Shown here: positions 50,242 to 62,414 of the stretch, piece by piece | Layout of the letters: the number at the start of each line of letters is the position of its first letter | Position numbering within the stretch: position 1 is the first letter of the stretch | DNA from: Trichosphaerium sp. ATCC 40318 | Taxonomy: Eukaryota; Protista; Tubulinea | Direction: 5' to 3' | DNA length: 64,000 bases | Assembly (NCBI GenBank): GCA_038496445.1 | Contig: JALMLS010000276.1 | Coordinates: forward strand, 1 to 64,000 | Notes under the pieces: generated by a model | What the model saw: the letters and a program-made list of their open reading frames with translations, nothing else | The model's database searches: none | Told to the model about the DNA's origin: nothing | Program-made: the position numbers and the translations under genes

Positions 50242-51406
50242 CTATACTTGTGCAAGTCCCATACCGCCATCAACGCTGAAATGCGATCCGGTAATATACT
50301 GACTCTGGTCAGACAAGAGAAAAACAGCCATCTGAGCAATTTCATCAGTTTTACCAAGCCTCTTTATCATTGGCTTTTGACTACAGGAAAAAAGTAAGAA
50401 TAATAATTATGGCGGTAACTACAAAAAAATTAACATACGCTACCATATCGAAAACTTCCTCAGGTACTTCACCAAGAATCTCAGTTCTTATTGGTCCAGG
50501 ACGGATTGAGTTTACAGTAATACCACATTCAGCAGTTTCCTTTGCAACACACTAACATAGAAAAGAGACTTAGGTATATTGTAAAGGTGCTAAAGCACGT
50601 ACTCTTGTTATAGCATCCAAAGCTGCTTTACTAGCTACATAACCAGAGAACCCAGGGTATGCCTAAGTCATAAAAAGTAAGATACGTTGGGCACAAGGTA
50701 ATTGAGAGAAGAACTTACCATTGGCACAGTACATGAGCTGTTGTTGACTATACTCCCGCCAGGTGGTTGCTGTTTCTTCATCTGCTCAACTTGGTACTTA
50801 ATACACCATACAGCACCCTTGATGTTAATATTGTATAGGCTCTACAACAACGCTACGGTAAGTACTTTTCGATGCATTGAAAAAAAAAGTACATACATCA
50901 AGTTGAGCTTCAGTAACGTTTTCAATTGTTTCCATTTTACCAAGAATACCTGCATTATTGAACTAAACAAAACATCTTAGTACCCTTATGAGAGATAATA
51001 CATACAGCGCCGTCAATCCTGCCAAATGTTTCAACAGTCTTGTTAACATAATTCTTAACATCTGTTTGGAATACCGTTAGTTAGAGATTCTCTAGCGACA
51101 TTTGTGTGTTTACCTTGTTCCTTTGATACATCACAAACTGTGAATAAAGCAGTACCTCCGTTCTTTTCAATCTCAGCTACGACTTCATCACCACGTTCTT
51201 TACGTCTTCCGCACAAAGATACTTTTGCTCCTTTAACACACAGTGTCAATTACTAGTTCTCTAAAGCGTCCAGTACCTTCTGCTGCGCATTTGATGGCCG
51301 TGTCTCTTCCAATACCGGATGTTGCACCAGTGACCTTAAAAATAATTAAAGTGAGAACACGTGATATAACCAAGGTGTCTACCATTATAACTTTGTTTGA
51401 AAGCAT
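50242..51406 (-). CDS. Classical short-chain dehydrogenase/reductase
   Basis: Motifs VTGATSGIG, FGRIDGAFNNAGI, NIKG, GGSIVNNSS, YVASK, VNSIRPGPIRT and YITGSHFSVDGG. Confidence 0.93.
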
Positions 51407-51477
51407 CTTTATGTTGAGTATGAGCTGTTGTTTCGTTTGTTGGAAAGTTTGAATAGATGACTTATGTTTAAGCAAGA

Positions 51478-51530
51478 TTCCGCGGAAATTGCGGAGCGGA
51501 CCTATTACGCGGAAAACATTCCGCTTCCGA
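51478..51530. promoter_or_regulatory. Cluster of GCGGA(A) motifs upstream of the SDR gene
   Basis: TTCCGCGGAA palindrome plus further GCGGA/TCCGC copies within ~50 bp of otherwise AT-rich DNA, ~75 bp upstream of the ATG. Confidence 0.35.
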
Positions 51531-51867
51531 GGAGTAAGGATCTTAAAAACTGAAAAAATATGGAAACAGAGTTCAGAACCTGTAAAGTACAATCCAATCG
51601 ATAAAATACCTAAAGTTCTGGGAAATTCTATAAGATGAGTTTTGACAAGTGTATCAAACTTTCACAACAATTTCATAAAACGAACATATATTTTTTTGCA
51701 AACACGTGATTTATAGTCCGCTTTAAAAATCCATCCAACATGAATGGTCTCTATTCTTGTACTTTACTCTATTTTATGCGTATACTCTATCGCTAGCACC
51801 ATAGATCCAGAACTCTTCATGTAAAAAGATGGTCAAGTTTGTTGTGATACTCTCAAGTATAAAGCTG

Positions 51868-52701
51868 TCAAAACCATTTTATACCCAATGCCTCAACATT
51901 TTTCCTTGTAATCTGATTGCAACCTACAGCTTTAAGTGATTTGAGTGATATCATGTACTGCAAACAACGATATGTTATCTTAGCGCAGCTGTCTAAGTCC
52001 ATATGCTGAAGATTTATCAAATGCTTAACACCTGAGTCTGTTATTGTATCACAATGATACAAACGTAAATGCTTGACATTGATCAATGATTTAATTCCAT
52101 CATCTGTTACTGAGTACCCACCATAAATAGTAACAGTATGTACATTCCCAAGATGTTTGAGCCAAGATTCTCTTGGGTCGCTGAGTGATATATTATGAGC
52201 ATCTTTAAGTGCCTTTATTCCTTCAATAGTAATATTGCAACTATACAGATTAATTGTGTGTACACCTCTGAGTGCAATCAATGAAACATCTGTTATATCT
52301 GTCGATGCTAAGTTAATGGTGTGAATGGTGTGCTTTCCTTCTTGTATTAATGCAAGAATACAATCATCTGTGATGTTTGTAAAAGATAAATCTATGTTTT
52401 GAACACCAGAAAGATAACTCAACTCATCACGTGATAGATTCCAAAAACTACAATCAATGGTCGTGTTTTTCAATAGTGGACTACTTCTAAGTGTTGGCAA
52501 ATCTGATGCACTTGCTGAGAGTCGATGAAAGCCAATATTGTTGCGAATGATGTTGTTAAATGTGTGGGAAACCGCAGACGCAATAATACGATACGCTCTG
52601 TGTAAATAATGTAGAATATGCGTTAACATCTCCGGTGGTAATTCTTCCAACGATTTCTCTTGGTTTACTTTAATAAAGCTCTGTTTCTGTGCTCTAGACA
52701 T
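51868..52701 (-). CDS. F-box/LRR copy 7 (intact, intronless)
   Basis: F-box LEELPPEMLTHILHYL, linker SPLLKNT and LRRs. Confidence 0.9.
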   Translation of the reverse strand: MSRAQKQSFIKVNQEKSLEELPPEMLTHILHYLHRAYRIIASAVSHTFNNIIRNNIGFHRLSASASDLPTLRSSPLLKNTTIDCSFWNLSRDELSYLSGVQNIDLSFTNITDDCILALIQEGKHTIHTINLASTDITDVSLIALRGVHTINLYSCNITIEGIKALKDAHNISLSDPRESWLKHLGNVHTVTIYGGYSVTDDGIKSLINVKHLRLYHCDTITDSGVKHLINLQHMDLDSCAKITYRCLQYMISLKSLKAVGCNQITRKNVEALGIKWF

Positions 52702-52870
52702 AATTAAGGACGTATTGGATTGTTAGCTCAGCACAGCTAAATCAACTAAACAACAATAGTCAACACAATTAAAGTAGGTGTAATTGCACTCGAACAGTTG
52801 ATTCTGAAACTCAAGTCAGATTGCAAGGGTATCACAGTACATGGTGGGGATTTAAATCCTGTTTTAATAA

Positions 52871-53969
52871 TTATTGTGTTACTACCCATTCCGTTGAGGG
52901 GTACCACGTGGTTAAAGTATTGTCCAACTGTTTTATATGCAAAATATAAACCACGAAAATTTCAGGTATACAATCAAATACAATTACTTGGAATACCTTC
53001 AGTACAAGCTGTCCTGCGCCACCCACCCAGTTATAAAACTGCAAAAATACAGAAAGACCACGCCCTATTGATGCAAATGATATGAGAGCTGCAAGTAACA
53101 AGACCTAAAAGTGTCAACAACATCCAACAGTGTAAAAACCAGTACTTTGATTTTTAGGACAGAGAACCCACGTGGGAGACTTTTGTACAATACATAAGCT
53201 GCGATTATGAATAAGACTCCTTGCCCAATATATAGTATCAAGAAATAGAATATCTAGATCATGTTAAACGAATAGGAATCATCAATATAGCATTGCCAAA
53301 CTGACAAACCTCTATTTGATGCATGATTGATAGAATTCTTTTGTATTCTTCAAGCTTTCCATGTTGCTTGTACACGTAATAGTAACCTGTCAACATTGTA
53401 ATCATAATACCGGCCCATATTATTAGTATAGCACTAACTGTTAAGAGGTACACAACGACCAAATTGCCAATAAATCTGTACTTCGTTTTCCATGCCTGAA
53501 ATATCAACATTGCCCTTTTAGGACAATTAGTAGGCGCTTTGAAGGGGAGTGTACCAGAACAATAAGAGCAATAAATATGTACATATATAGACATAACCTG
53601 ATAGTGAACCAACCACTATTTGCCAAGGGTTCAACTGAGATTCAATAGGAAGCGTTGATATATCAATAAATTCGTTCCAAAAAGCAATGATGTATCCCAA
53701 AGGCACTATAAAAAAAAGTCACGTGATAGAACATAAATCACGTGATTACGTACATAACAGCGAAAAAGGAAGTATAGCTACGAATATATAAGAAAAAGAC
53801 TTGGATTGCGAGTTGTACCATGTAATATTGTCGCAAGAGAGAATCTTCGTGTATATACAAACCGTACGAGCGCAATGATCACAATCAAAGATGTAACAGC
53901 GTAACTTACAACAAAAACAATTCTAAACGCAGCAGCAACGTTCCTTTCACTAGTAGAGGAATCCTCCAT
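52871..53969 (-). CDS. Multi-pass (probably 7TM) membrane protein
   Basis: Series of hydrophobic exons, with last helix VIVFDCIPEIFVVYIL. Family not certain. Confidence 0.55.
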
Positions 53970-54243
53970 GTTTGTCAGTGTTTGATCACGTGGCTACAAC
54001 AATACAATGATGACTCGCTTAACCGGTATGTACCTTTTCCATTTTGGTAGTAATCCTCACCGTTGTCCAACTCAAAGAGCTCTTTATCACTAAGTGCATT
54101 GTGCATACTGTTTTATGTTACATTCTTTATTTTGTTTTTCAATTCACGCTTGCCAAACGACCTTTACCACTGTCGAACACTGGTGTCTACAGCAGTATTT
54201 GTATTGTTTCAGCGCTGTACTTAGTTTTGCATGAGTTTCATAT

Positions 54244-55378
54244 CTACTCTCCTCCAGCTCTGGCTAAACTGATTTCTTTCTTCATTTCGACTTGTAAACG
54301 CTCTTGAACATTAAGAGTAGACTGCAACGCAGCAATGAGTGGCTTACAATAGTATTGAAGCAAGGCAGTTACAGCAGTTTGATGAACACTCTGAGCGCGT
54401 ATAACTTCCAACTGAGAAGCACCAGAAGCCTCTATACGTGCCATAGCAGCTTGAAAGTACTTTGTTTCCTCTTTGAAAAGAATTTTGGCCAATTCCACCA
54501 ATTGGTTAGGGAAATTCGATGGATGAGCTGAAAACAGTACTAAAATAATATAAGAAAGTGAACAGACGCGTAATGATGGGTTTGTTGTCAATTCAAACAA
54601 AATTAAAATGACAATAAAAAAACCGTAACAAAAACGGTCTTTTGAGGCGTTTACCTTGGTTGTCAGGGACGATTTGAATCTCAATTGTCTTCTCCTCAGA
54701 TCTTTCTATTGTTTGGAACGCTTTTAAGCGTATAGTACCTTTATTATCCTGAGTAAAAGGTCAGTTTCTTCTTTTTCTTTTTCTTTTTTTTTTGATTTAA
54801 TTGTTTTTTTCTCAATACGTTCTGACTTGTTTGCAACATTTTAACGAATGCGTACGTTGTCGTGGTCAAAGACTGAAACGATTATACCAAAAAAATCACC
54901 CATCTGTTGGTTTGTCCATTGATTACGTAAATCGACCGGAGAGGGCTGTATGGTTATGTGTGGATGCGAATGGTACCAACCAATAACGCGTGCATCGAGT
55001 TGTTCAGCTAATTGACGAGCAGAATCTAGCTGGACTATGTTTAGCCGTATTAGTAGGTTCACAACGAGAGAAACATCAAACAGGTCGGTTTCAGAATATA
55101 CAAAATAAAGCGTACTCGGTGTGGCTTCTACGCGATCTTTACGCTTATCTGCACGTTCTAGTATCTATTTTAGCGTTAGATTTAAACCGAAACGTTTAAA
55201 ACGCCATTTGTACCTTTATATGTTGAACCACTGCGCCGACAGTGCCTTTATCGCTCGTAATCTTACCAATCAACATACCCAATATTTCTTCTCGCTCAGT
55301 AGACAGCGCATGAGTCACTAACGCGCCAAAAGTGAACCGTGATATCTTTACATAATCTATAATCCGGCTTGACGTCAT
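54244..55378 (-). CDS. BRCC3: BRCC36-like JAMM/MPN+ deubiquitinase
   Basis: Motifs HALSTEREEILGMLIG, RADKRKDRVE and IGWYHSHPHITIQPSPVDLRNQ...FFGIIVSVF. Confidence 0.88.
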
Positions 55379-55777
55379 TTTTACGTCTCAACGCTTGAAC
55401 AGGCAACACACTCCTTCCTTGAGGCCACGCGACTACTATACAACAAAAAGCAGCGTTCAGTGTACCGTAAACACAATCTACAAACAAACATGTCAGCTCA
55501 AACGACAAAAAAGTCAAAAAACTTCGTCGGTAACTTTCGGCCGAAAATACTAGCGTCGAATAACATATTGGCATCTACAACTATCATTAAGGTACAGATA
55601 CATATCTTACTTTATCACCAAATACAGCAATTATCTTTTATGCTCGGGTATATTTGAGTACATTAACTTACTTTCTTCTAAAGGCTCAGAAAGCAAAGTC
55701 AACGCAAAGGACATTAAAAAACAACTAAGAAAAAAAAAAAAAATCACGTTGTTCAACTCATTTCCTTTTTACGAATT

Positions 55778-57714
55778 ATGGGCGGTATATGTGGTAGCCA
55801 TAGGAGTGAGACTGATCTTAGGATAAGCAGTGACTTGCGACATGAAACGAAGGAGGTAAAAAAAACTGTAAAGGCACGTGGTAGCATGGGTATTATCAAG
55901 TTATTTCGTTTTTGTTACTTTTAATGTAAATTGGTCCACTAATCACGTGAACAAAAAAAATAACATTAAAAATGTTGATACTTTTCTTAGGTTCTTCTAC
56001 TCGGAGTCAGTAATGCCGGTAAATCAACACTACTTCGACAGTTAAGCATAAACCACGGAGAAGCCTCGACGGACGACAGTGCGTTTTTTTTGTCTTTTTT
56101 TTTAGTTTTTTACTTAAACGTTAAAAAGAATTCCCCGACGCATTGTAGTATTAGACTACGTGAATGCTCTGGTATTGTATTTTGTATTTCGAGTTTAAGA
56201 TCCAATAGATAAAAAAAACTATTTATTTTAGCTAAATCACGTGACCATAGGTTATAAAATAGATATGAGGCTATTACTTAGATTAAACGCTATTATTGGC
56301 ATAAAAAAGCTTTTTCGTTATTGTACGAGGATAGATCTTTCTCTACCGGACAAGTGTGTTAAAGCAAACGAACTGCTCGACAATGATGGTAGTTTTGAAC
56401 TAGCGGAGGACTTCTCAGTAGCTACAGTGCAAAGTCTTATAACAATATGGGAAGACGTATCAGAAGATATTTTTGAGGAAGCAGCGGAGAAGTATGAGGA
56501 ATTACGACACCTAAAGTATCTTATGGAAATAATGGATAGGATGTCTGAGAAGGGATATATGCCTACATCAGAGTACGTGGTTACTATGAGGATGCATATC
56601 AAGCGCTTCCTTTTACAGCAAAAAAAAAACCGCATCAAAAACTAGCTTTTTTTTTCAGTCACGTTTCGGACACGTTACATCTCCCGTTGGCTTATCTTTT
56701 TACCTAGTGATATGTTACATGCAAGAAGAACAACTGTAGGTATTTATAGCGAAGATATACATGTACGCACAACCAAAACGAAAAGAATCGTCAACAAGAC
56801 TGTTTACTAAACAAGTTTTTTTTTTTAGTTCAACGGTTATTTATGGCAATGTATTGATGTTGGTGGTCAAAAGAGTGAGCGAAGAAAATGGATACACTGT
56901 TTCGATGTATGTGTGAAACACTATTCACTTATTTAACGTATCCTAACCGTATTGTAGAATGTTGATGTGTTGGTGTATTGTGTAAATTTGGCTTCATTCG
57001 ACGAGGTAATCCGAGTTGGTTTTTTTTTTCAGTTCTTATTTTTGGAAAAAATCGGACACAGTACCTGTTTGTTCCTGCACCCTTTTATGTGTTAAAAAAA
57101 GATCACAAAGGGGCAGTTCTTGCTGTTTAAAAATATCTCATGTGGTGGTTTACAAAAAACTGTTTTACTAGTCGCGTTAGGAACCAAGCACGTGAGATAT
57201 GGCTATGTCGATCTTTTTCTTTCTTTTTTTTTTTTGGTGTACACAAATTGTTCACTCTTTTGTTCTGTAGCCGTGTCCATACAACAAGGACAGATGTATA
57301 CTAGATGACTCACTTAGTGTATGGAAGAGTATATTAGCTACTTTTACAGCCGAACCAATAGTACTCGTACGTTTTCTTAACTCAGCAAAAAAAAACCCAA
57401 AAAAAAAAACATTCTTATGTTTGCGCAAACCATAGGTTTTCAATAAAGTGGACTTATTCAAACATAAAATGGCAGAGCGTAAACAGAGCTATAAAGACAC
57501 TCTCCAAGATATAAAACATCAATTTTTGCACGGCACACAATCAAACCAAGTTATAAACGTGTTTACCACGTGTGCACTTGACTCTAGACAAGTCATGAAG
57601 CATTGGAGACTAATGATGAATTCTTACTTAAAATCACAGACAAAATGGATTGCTGAAAAGAAGAAGAAAAACAAGAGAATGCATTCAGAACTAAAACAAT
57701 CGCTAATAAAGTAA
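55778..57714 (+). CDS. Heterotrimeric G-protein alpha subunit (divergent)
   Basis: MGGICGS lipidation start, then [42 protein letters not shown] and TTCALD. Confidence 0.92.
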
Positions 57715-57899
57715 GAAAGAGAACCGAAAAAAAAAATAAAAAAAACCAAAACACTTTTTTTCTTTGTTTGGCGTTTGCTCTCTCTATCTTACCTCTACAT
57801 AATCATCACGTGATTAGTTTTCATTTCGACAATTTAGATGACCAGTTGAACATTGTCGGCTCTCTTGCTTGAAAAACGTTTTCTGTAAGCCCACAGCTT

Positions 57900-58500
57900 C
57901 TGTTTTTGAAGAAAAATGTAGGTTCATGTTACAACTACCGTTTTTTGGAAGTTTTTAGTACAAAGTGGGTACTGATCCCACCTTTCTCAATTTTAACAAA
58001 ATTCGAACACGTGCGCTGAGTTCTAGCAAAAAAAACTGAACATACTTTACAGGTGGTTCAGAAATAAGATGGTTGACCATTTTGTCTTGCAATCTGGGTT
58101 CCTGCATTGTTAATCCGATGAAGCCTACTTAAATTAACAATGCCTTTATCAGTGTTTATGAGCACATGAATGAAGAAATATTCTAACCCAACAAAACACC
58201 CTTACCAGTAATGCCTTACAAAACCCAAGACATATGTTTTCGACACCAGTCAGATATCCAATACCTCTGTAATTTTGGCACTGTCAATAGCAATACATTG
58301 GACACCAGCAAGTGTCTTTAACGTACTGTCATCCACTTAGAGATGGCAGAAATACCAGTCCGAACAGGTTCCAAAATCTCAGAGCCTCCATCCATTGACC
58401 TAATCACTGTGTGCATGCACATAAGGTGGCTGTACACTTTTGTGGCACGTTTGAATATCCCGAGATGGTACAGTTATTCTATCCAAGCATTTAGCTCCTA
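57900..58500 (-). pseudogene. Highly decayed LRR relic (copy 8)
   Basis: Fragments such as TLAGVQCIAIDSAKITE, interrupted by stops. Confidence 0.45.
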
Positions 58501-58505
58501 CAAGT

Positions 58506-59925
58506 AAAAAGTCCAGGGTTGGTTGTGCGTTCAATCGTGGCACTGGATCTCCTCCCTAAGTGCCTAGCCAAAGGCCTTAATCATAAAACTACCTTTCCGG
58601 TATGTTTTTTGGAGTTTGTCCGGTAACTATTTCCCCGATACTTAACTTGTTTCATTTATAATTCTATTCATCAGGTGTTTGGAAAAAACAAGTCTAGGTT
58701 GATTGTGCACACTCAATCAAGGTGCTGGTTGTACTTCCTAAGTACCTACCCAAAGGCCTCAATCATAAAACTACCTTTGCAGTGCACGTGTTTTTTGGAG
58801 TTTGTCCGGTAATAACTATTTCCCCGATACTTAATTTGTTTCATTTATAATTCTATTCACTTCTTTGGGTACCCCAACAAGCGTAGAAGTTAATAGTAAG
58901 TTATTAAAGAATCACAAACGTAAAAATAGATAATATGTCAACTTAAGTTAGCATTGTTCTTTAACACCAACAATACAAACAACTACACCCTTAAAATGAA
59001 ACTCTTACTACTTTTCGCCGTATTTCTTTGCTTGCTATGCATTGCCGAAGGCTACTGTCATAGTAAATGCTCCAGGAAATACAGTATGTCTTTAGAACTC
59101 GCTTTTGTGTTTTTGATTTAATGAAGGGTTTAGTTCGCAGTTAAATGGAGAAAAGCTATGTAAGCATAAAAACAATCATTGCCCTGAAAAGGAGTACCCT
59201 GGTATAGATGCAATAACAAGTTCTAAAAAATGCAGGTCATGCTGGGAACGCAACTGTGGTTCTCAATCAAGAAGAATTAACGGCGAAAAATTCTTTATAT
59301 GCTAAGCTTAACCAACAGCTCGTTTATTGTTTCACCAATAAACCCCTCAACATTCCATTATACTTTGTATGTTTTGTATATGCTGCATCTTTTTGGAATA
59401 CAAACCGTGTACATAGTCAGAATGACTTGTTTTTACTATTTGATTAACATCATTTATAAATTATTCGTATGTTTGATCTTTATCAAACTAATACAATAAA
59501 TAGTCAAGGCAAACTGTAACAACAATCAACTTATTAAAAATAGTTTGTCAAATTGAGACAATATGTCAGACTTTGTTTTTTAAAGTGTAGGAGAGCAGTT
59601 TGGATGAAAAAACAGTGTCCAGTGGCTTGCAAGTGAAGCCAACAACTTTCATCTTCACAATAACCACAACTGAGTACGAATTATCATAACCTGTCGCTAA
59701 TCAGTTTTCTATGAGCTCTAGTCATTAAGTTCAATCGGTAATGGTTTTTGGCATCAGCTGAAAGTGTTCAGAAAAAAAAAGTCCAGGGTTGGTTGTGTGC
59801 ACAATCGTGGCACTGGATGTCCTCCCTAAGTGCCTACCCAAAGGCCTCAATCATAAAACTACCTTTTCTGTGCACGTGTTTTTTGCAGTTTGTCCGGTAG
59901 TAACTATTGCCCCAATATTTAACTT
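58506..59925. repeat. Three copies of a ~155-175 bp repeat (58506-58670, 58684-58860, 59775-59925)
   Basis: Shared core cctaagt.ccta.ccaaaggcct.aatcataaaactaccttt...gtttgtccggta...actatt.ccc. Confidence 0.85.
58996..59305 (+). CDS. Small secreted Cys-rich peptide (2 exons)
   Basis: MKLLLLFAVFLCLLCIAEG-YCHSKCSRKY|RFSSQLNGEKLCKHKNNHC...KKCRSCWERNCGSQSRRINGEKFFIC*. Confidence 0.65.
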
Positions 59926-60206
59926 CCCGTTCAAACGAAGACAGAGATGTGCGAACAGCCTTATTTTTAGCTACATAGTAAATAAAGTAACTACAATAGA
60001 GCTTTCCAAAACATGCGTTGTTGTAACAATGTCGTATAAGAACAATTGTTCTCTTCATGTATTGTCGACAGCAGTCAAGTTAAAGAGCATCAAAAAAACC
60101 TTGTAACGGAAAAGTAGACAAACGAAGCATCCATAAAACATAACTCCTTCGATTTGTCCACCACTCATAAACCATTAATACAAATACAGCTGCCTAATAG
60201 AACGTA

Positions 60207-60521
60207 TTATATCATAAGAGAGCGATATTGGAGTGATGTCGTACCTATGTCAAGCAAAAAGCAAGACGGTATAGAAGAAATCTTGTCCATATTAAAGCAG
60301 CTGTTTTGTGTAACATCTTCACCTGCTGGATCAATTGTAATAAGCACAGAATCAGTTTCGTTCGTTTCTAGAAGATATTCTTCATGTTTTGTCCATACTC
60401 TATAAACAAGCAATACATATACAAATGACAAAACCAATGATGAAATACATATAAAAAAAACTGAAAAAACGAAGCTCAGAATGATCTTTAGGAATCCAAC
60501 ACCTAGGTCTCTGTCACTCAA
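60207..60521 (-). CDS. Hypothetical membrane protein fragment
   Basis: Long hydrophobic stretch followed by a polar tail; start unresolved. Confidence 0.3.
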   Translation of the reverse strand: MSDRDLGVGFLKIILSFVFSVFFICISSLVLSFVYVLLVYRVWTKHEEYLLETNETDSVLITIDPAGEDVTQNSCFNMDKISSIPSCFLLDIGTTSLQYRSLMI

Positions 60522-60700
60522 TATTGGTGTTTAAGACAACGGATATAATGTGATACTAACCATCCTAGTAATTGGCCGTATCCTCTGAAATAAGGCGCCT
60601 ACCCAGTATACAAATAACATTTCTGAAGCTAAACAACAAATTTCGCTGGTAAAAAGTCAGCTGAGGTCAGTACGACTTGCCAACTGGACGAAACAGCACC

Positions 60701-61588
60701 ATGTCCACTAACAATACCATACATTCACTTTGTGATGTTCCACCAGAGATATTGACACTTGTACTACGATATTTAGACAAAACACAGCGTATTACTGCTA
60801 CAACAGTTTCTCATCGTTTTAATGACATCATTCGACATAATCTGGGATTCATGATGATAATCCTAAAAGAAAACTCAGATTGCGCTGTTCTGAAAGGAAG
60901 CCCTCTGCTTAAAAACACACGTATTGTATCTACTAGGTTAAATCTATCAGATAAAGACTTGAGTTGTCTCAGAGGGGTTCATACAATAACACTAGCAACA
61001 GGATGTATTGGTGACTCGGGTATTAAGGCATTGTTGGAGGGAGAAATGACTCCTCCTTATGACATCACCTTGCATTACTTAGACATAACAGAAGTATCTC
61101 TAAAGGCTCTCAAAGGTGTACATAAAATACATATTCAGTACTGTAAATTCATTTCAGATTCCGGACTTAAAGAACTCAGAGATGTCCATACTGTTAGCTT
61201 ATACTATCCAAAAATAGATGAATCTATTAATGTACTTGTTAATGTGAACACACTTATTATCAAACAAGGAACCAACTTAACAGATGATGCATTCAAAGGA
61301 TTGACTAATTTAAAACATTTGAACCTAACAGATTGCCGTGGCGTAACAGATAATGGGTTTAAGGATTTGGTGAGTCTAGAAAGTCTAGTACTTAAAGATT
61401 GTCGAAGAGTTACAAATGATTTTTTGAAGCACTTGAAGTCTCTCAAAGAAATCAAAGTAAACAATTGTGAGTGTATTACACGTGATGCTATTAAGTCGTT
61501 GGGTATACCCTTTGCTTATAAAGGATCACTCATTGCATGGTTGAGGCGCTATAGCAAAGGACATAGTGGCATGAACAATGTTAAGTAA
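60701..61588 (+). CDS. F-box/LRR copy 9 (intact, intronless)
   Basis: ATG 60701, F-box LCDVPPEILTLVLRYL, linker GSPLLKNT and LRRs. Confidence 0.9.
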   Translation: MSTNNTIHSLCDVPPEILTLVLRYLDKTQRITATTVSHRFNDIIRHNLGFMMIILKENSDCAVLKGSPLLKNTRIVSTRLNLSDKDLSCLRGVHTITLATGCIGDSGIKALLEGEMTPPYDITLHYLDITEVSLKALKGVHKIHIQYCKFISDSGLKELRDVHTVSLYYPKIDESINVLVNVNTLIIKQGTNLTDDAFKGLTNLKHLNLTDCRGVTDNGFKDLVSLESLVLKDCRRVTNDFLKHLKSLKEIKVNNCECITRDAIKSLGIPFAYKGSLIAWLRRYSKGHSGMNNVK

Positions 61589-61833
61589 ATCACGTGTTAG
61601 TTTGTTTTCAACAAAAAAAAAAAAAATCAAGTTGTTTAGATTATACTTTTTCGGTTTATTAGCACTTTTGTGGAGGTGTAATACATCCACCGCTGTTGCT
61701 ATCAGGTCCAAGATTATCCATACGTATTATACGTTTAGGATGAAATGTTGTCGAACAGTTCCATTCAAAATGTGCCGTTGGTCTAAAGTAAAGAGTAAAC
61801 GAGCCGGACGTTTTCGACAACTAAAACAATCCT

Positions 61834-62214
61834 TTATGGATAAAGCTCAAATGACTTTTTTTGGTCGTACCCTGAGAAGATACAAGGAGAACACTTGCTA
61901 GAGTCACATACTGAACCTTTACTTTGGTGTAGAAATAGCGTATACGTCTCAGAAATGTTTGAGTCGTACCAAACAGTAAAATGACATGGGTCTACTCTCG
62001 TGCTCGTCTCGTTTATGTAAAATATCATATTGAAGTCGTTTGGTTGCCATGCTTGAATAGTCACTGGATAAATACCACTGTCACCACATTGCATCGTATA
62101 GTGTTCAATACCATCCCAAAGGGGGTCAGAGTATACTTGGTAACGGTATGCCCACGTGCTTCCTGATAGGCATAAAATAAGCGTCACGGCGTAGAAGAAC
62201 AATTGTTGCTTCAT
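61834..62214 (-). CDS. Secreted hypothetical protein
   Basis: Signal peptide MKQQLFFYAVTLILCLSGSTWA followed by a Cys-containing domain. Confidence 0.55.
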   Translation of the reverse strand: MKQQLFFYAVTLILCLSGSTWAYRYQVYSDPLWDGIEHYTMQCGDSGIYPVTIQAWQPNDFNMIFYINETSTRVDPCHFTVWYDSNISETYTLFLHQSKGSVCDSSKCSPCIFSGYDQKKSFELYP

Positions 62215-62414
62215 TTGGTGTAGAATCCAACGATATTTTTGTCACTAGTCACACGTGACTGATATTGACAAAAGAATAGTTGTTTTTTGTGTTCAGCTGA
62301 CTTGTTAGGCGGAGTGACCACCTTGGCGTTCAATATGTTTGTCAAGAACAGTTTTAAAGCAAAACGTTTCGCTTTATTTTTTTCGTATTCACAAGTAAGG
62401 TTTGCTTTGAAGCC

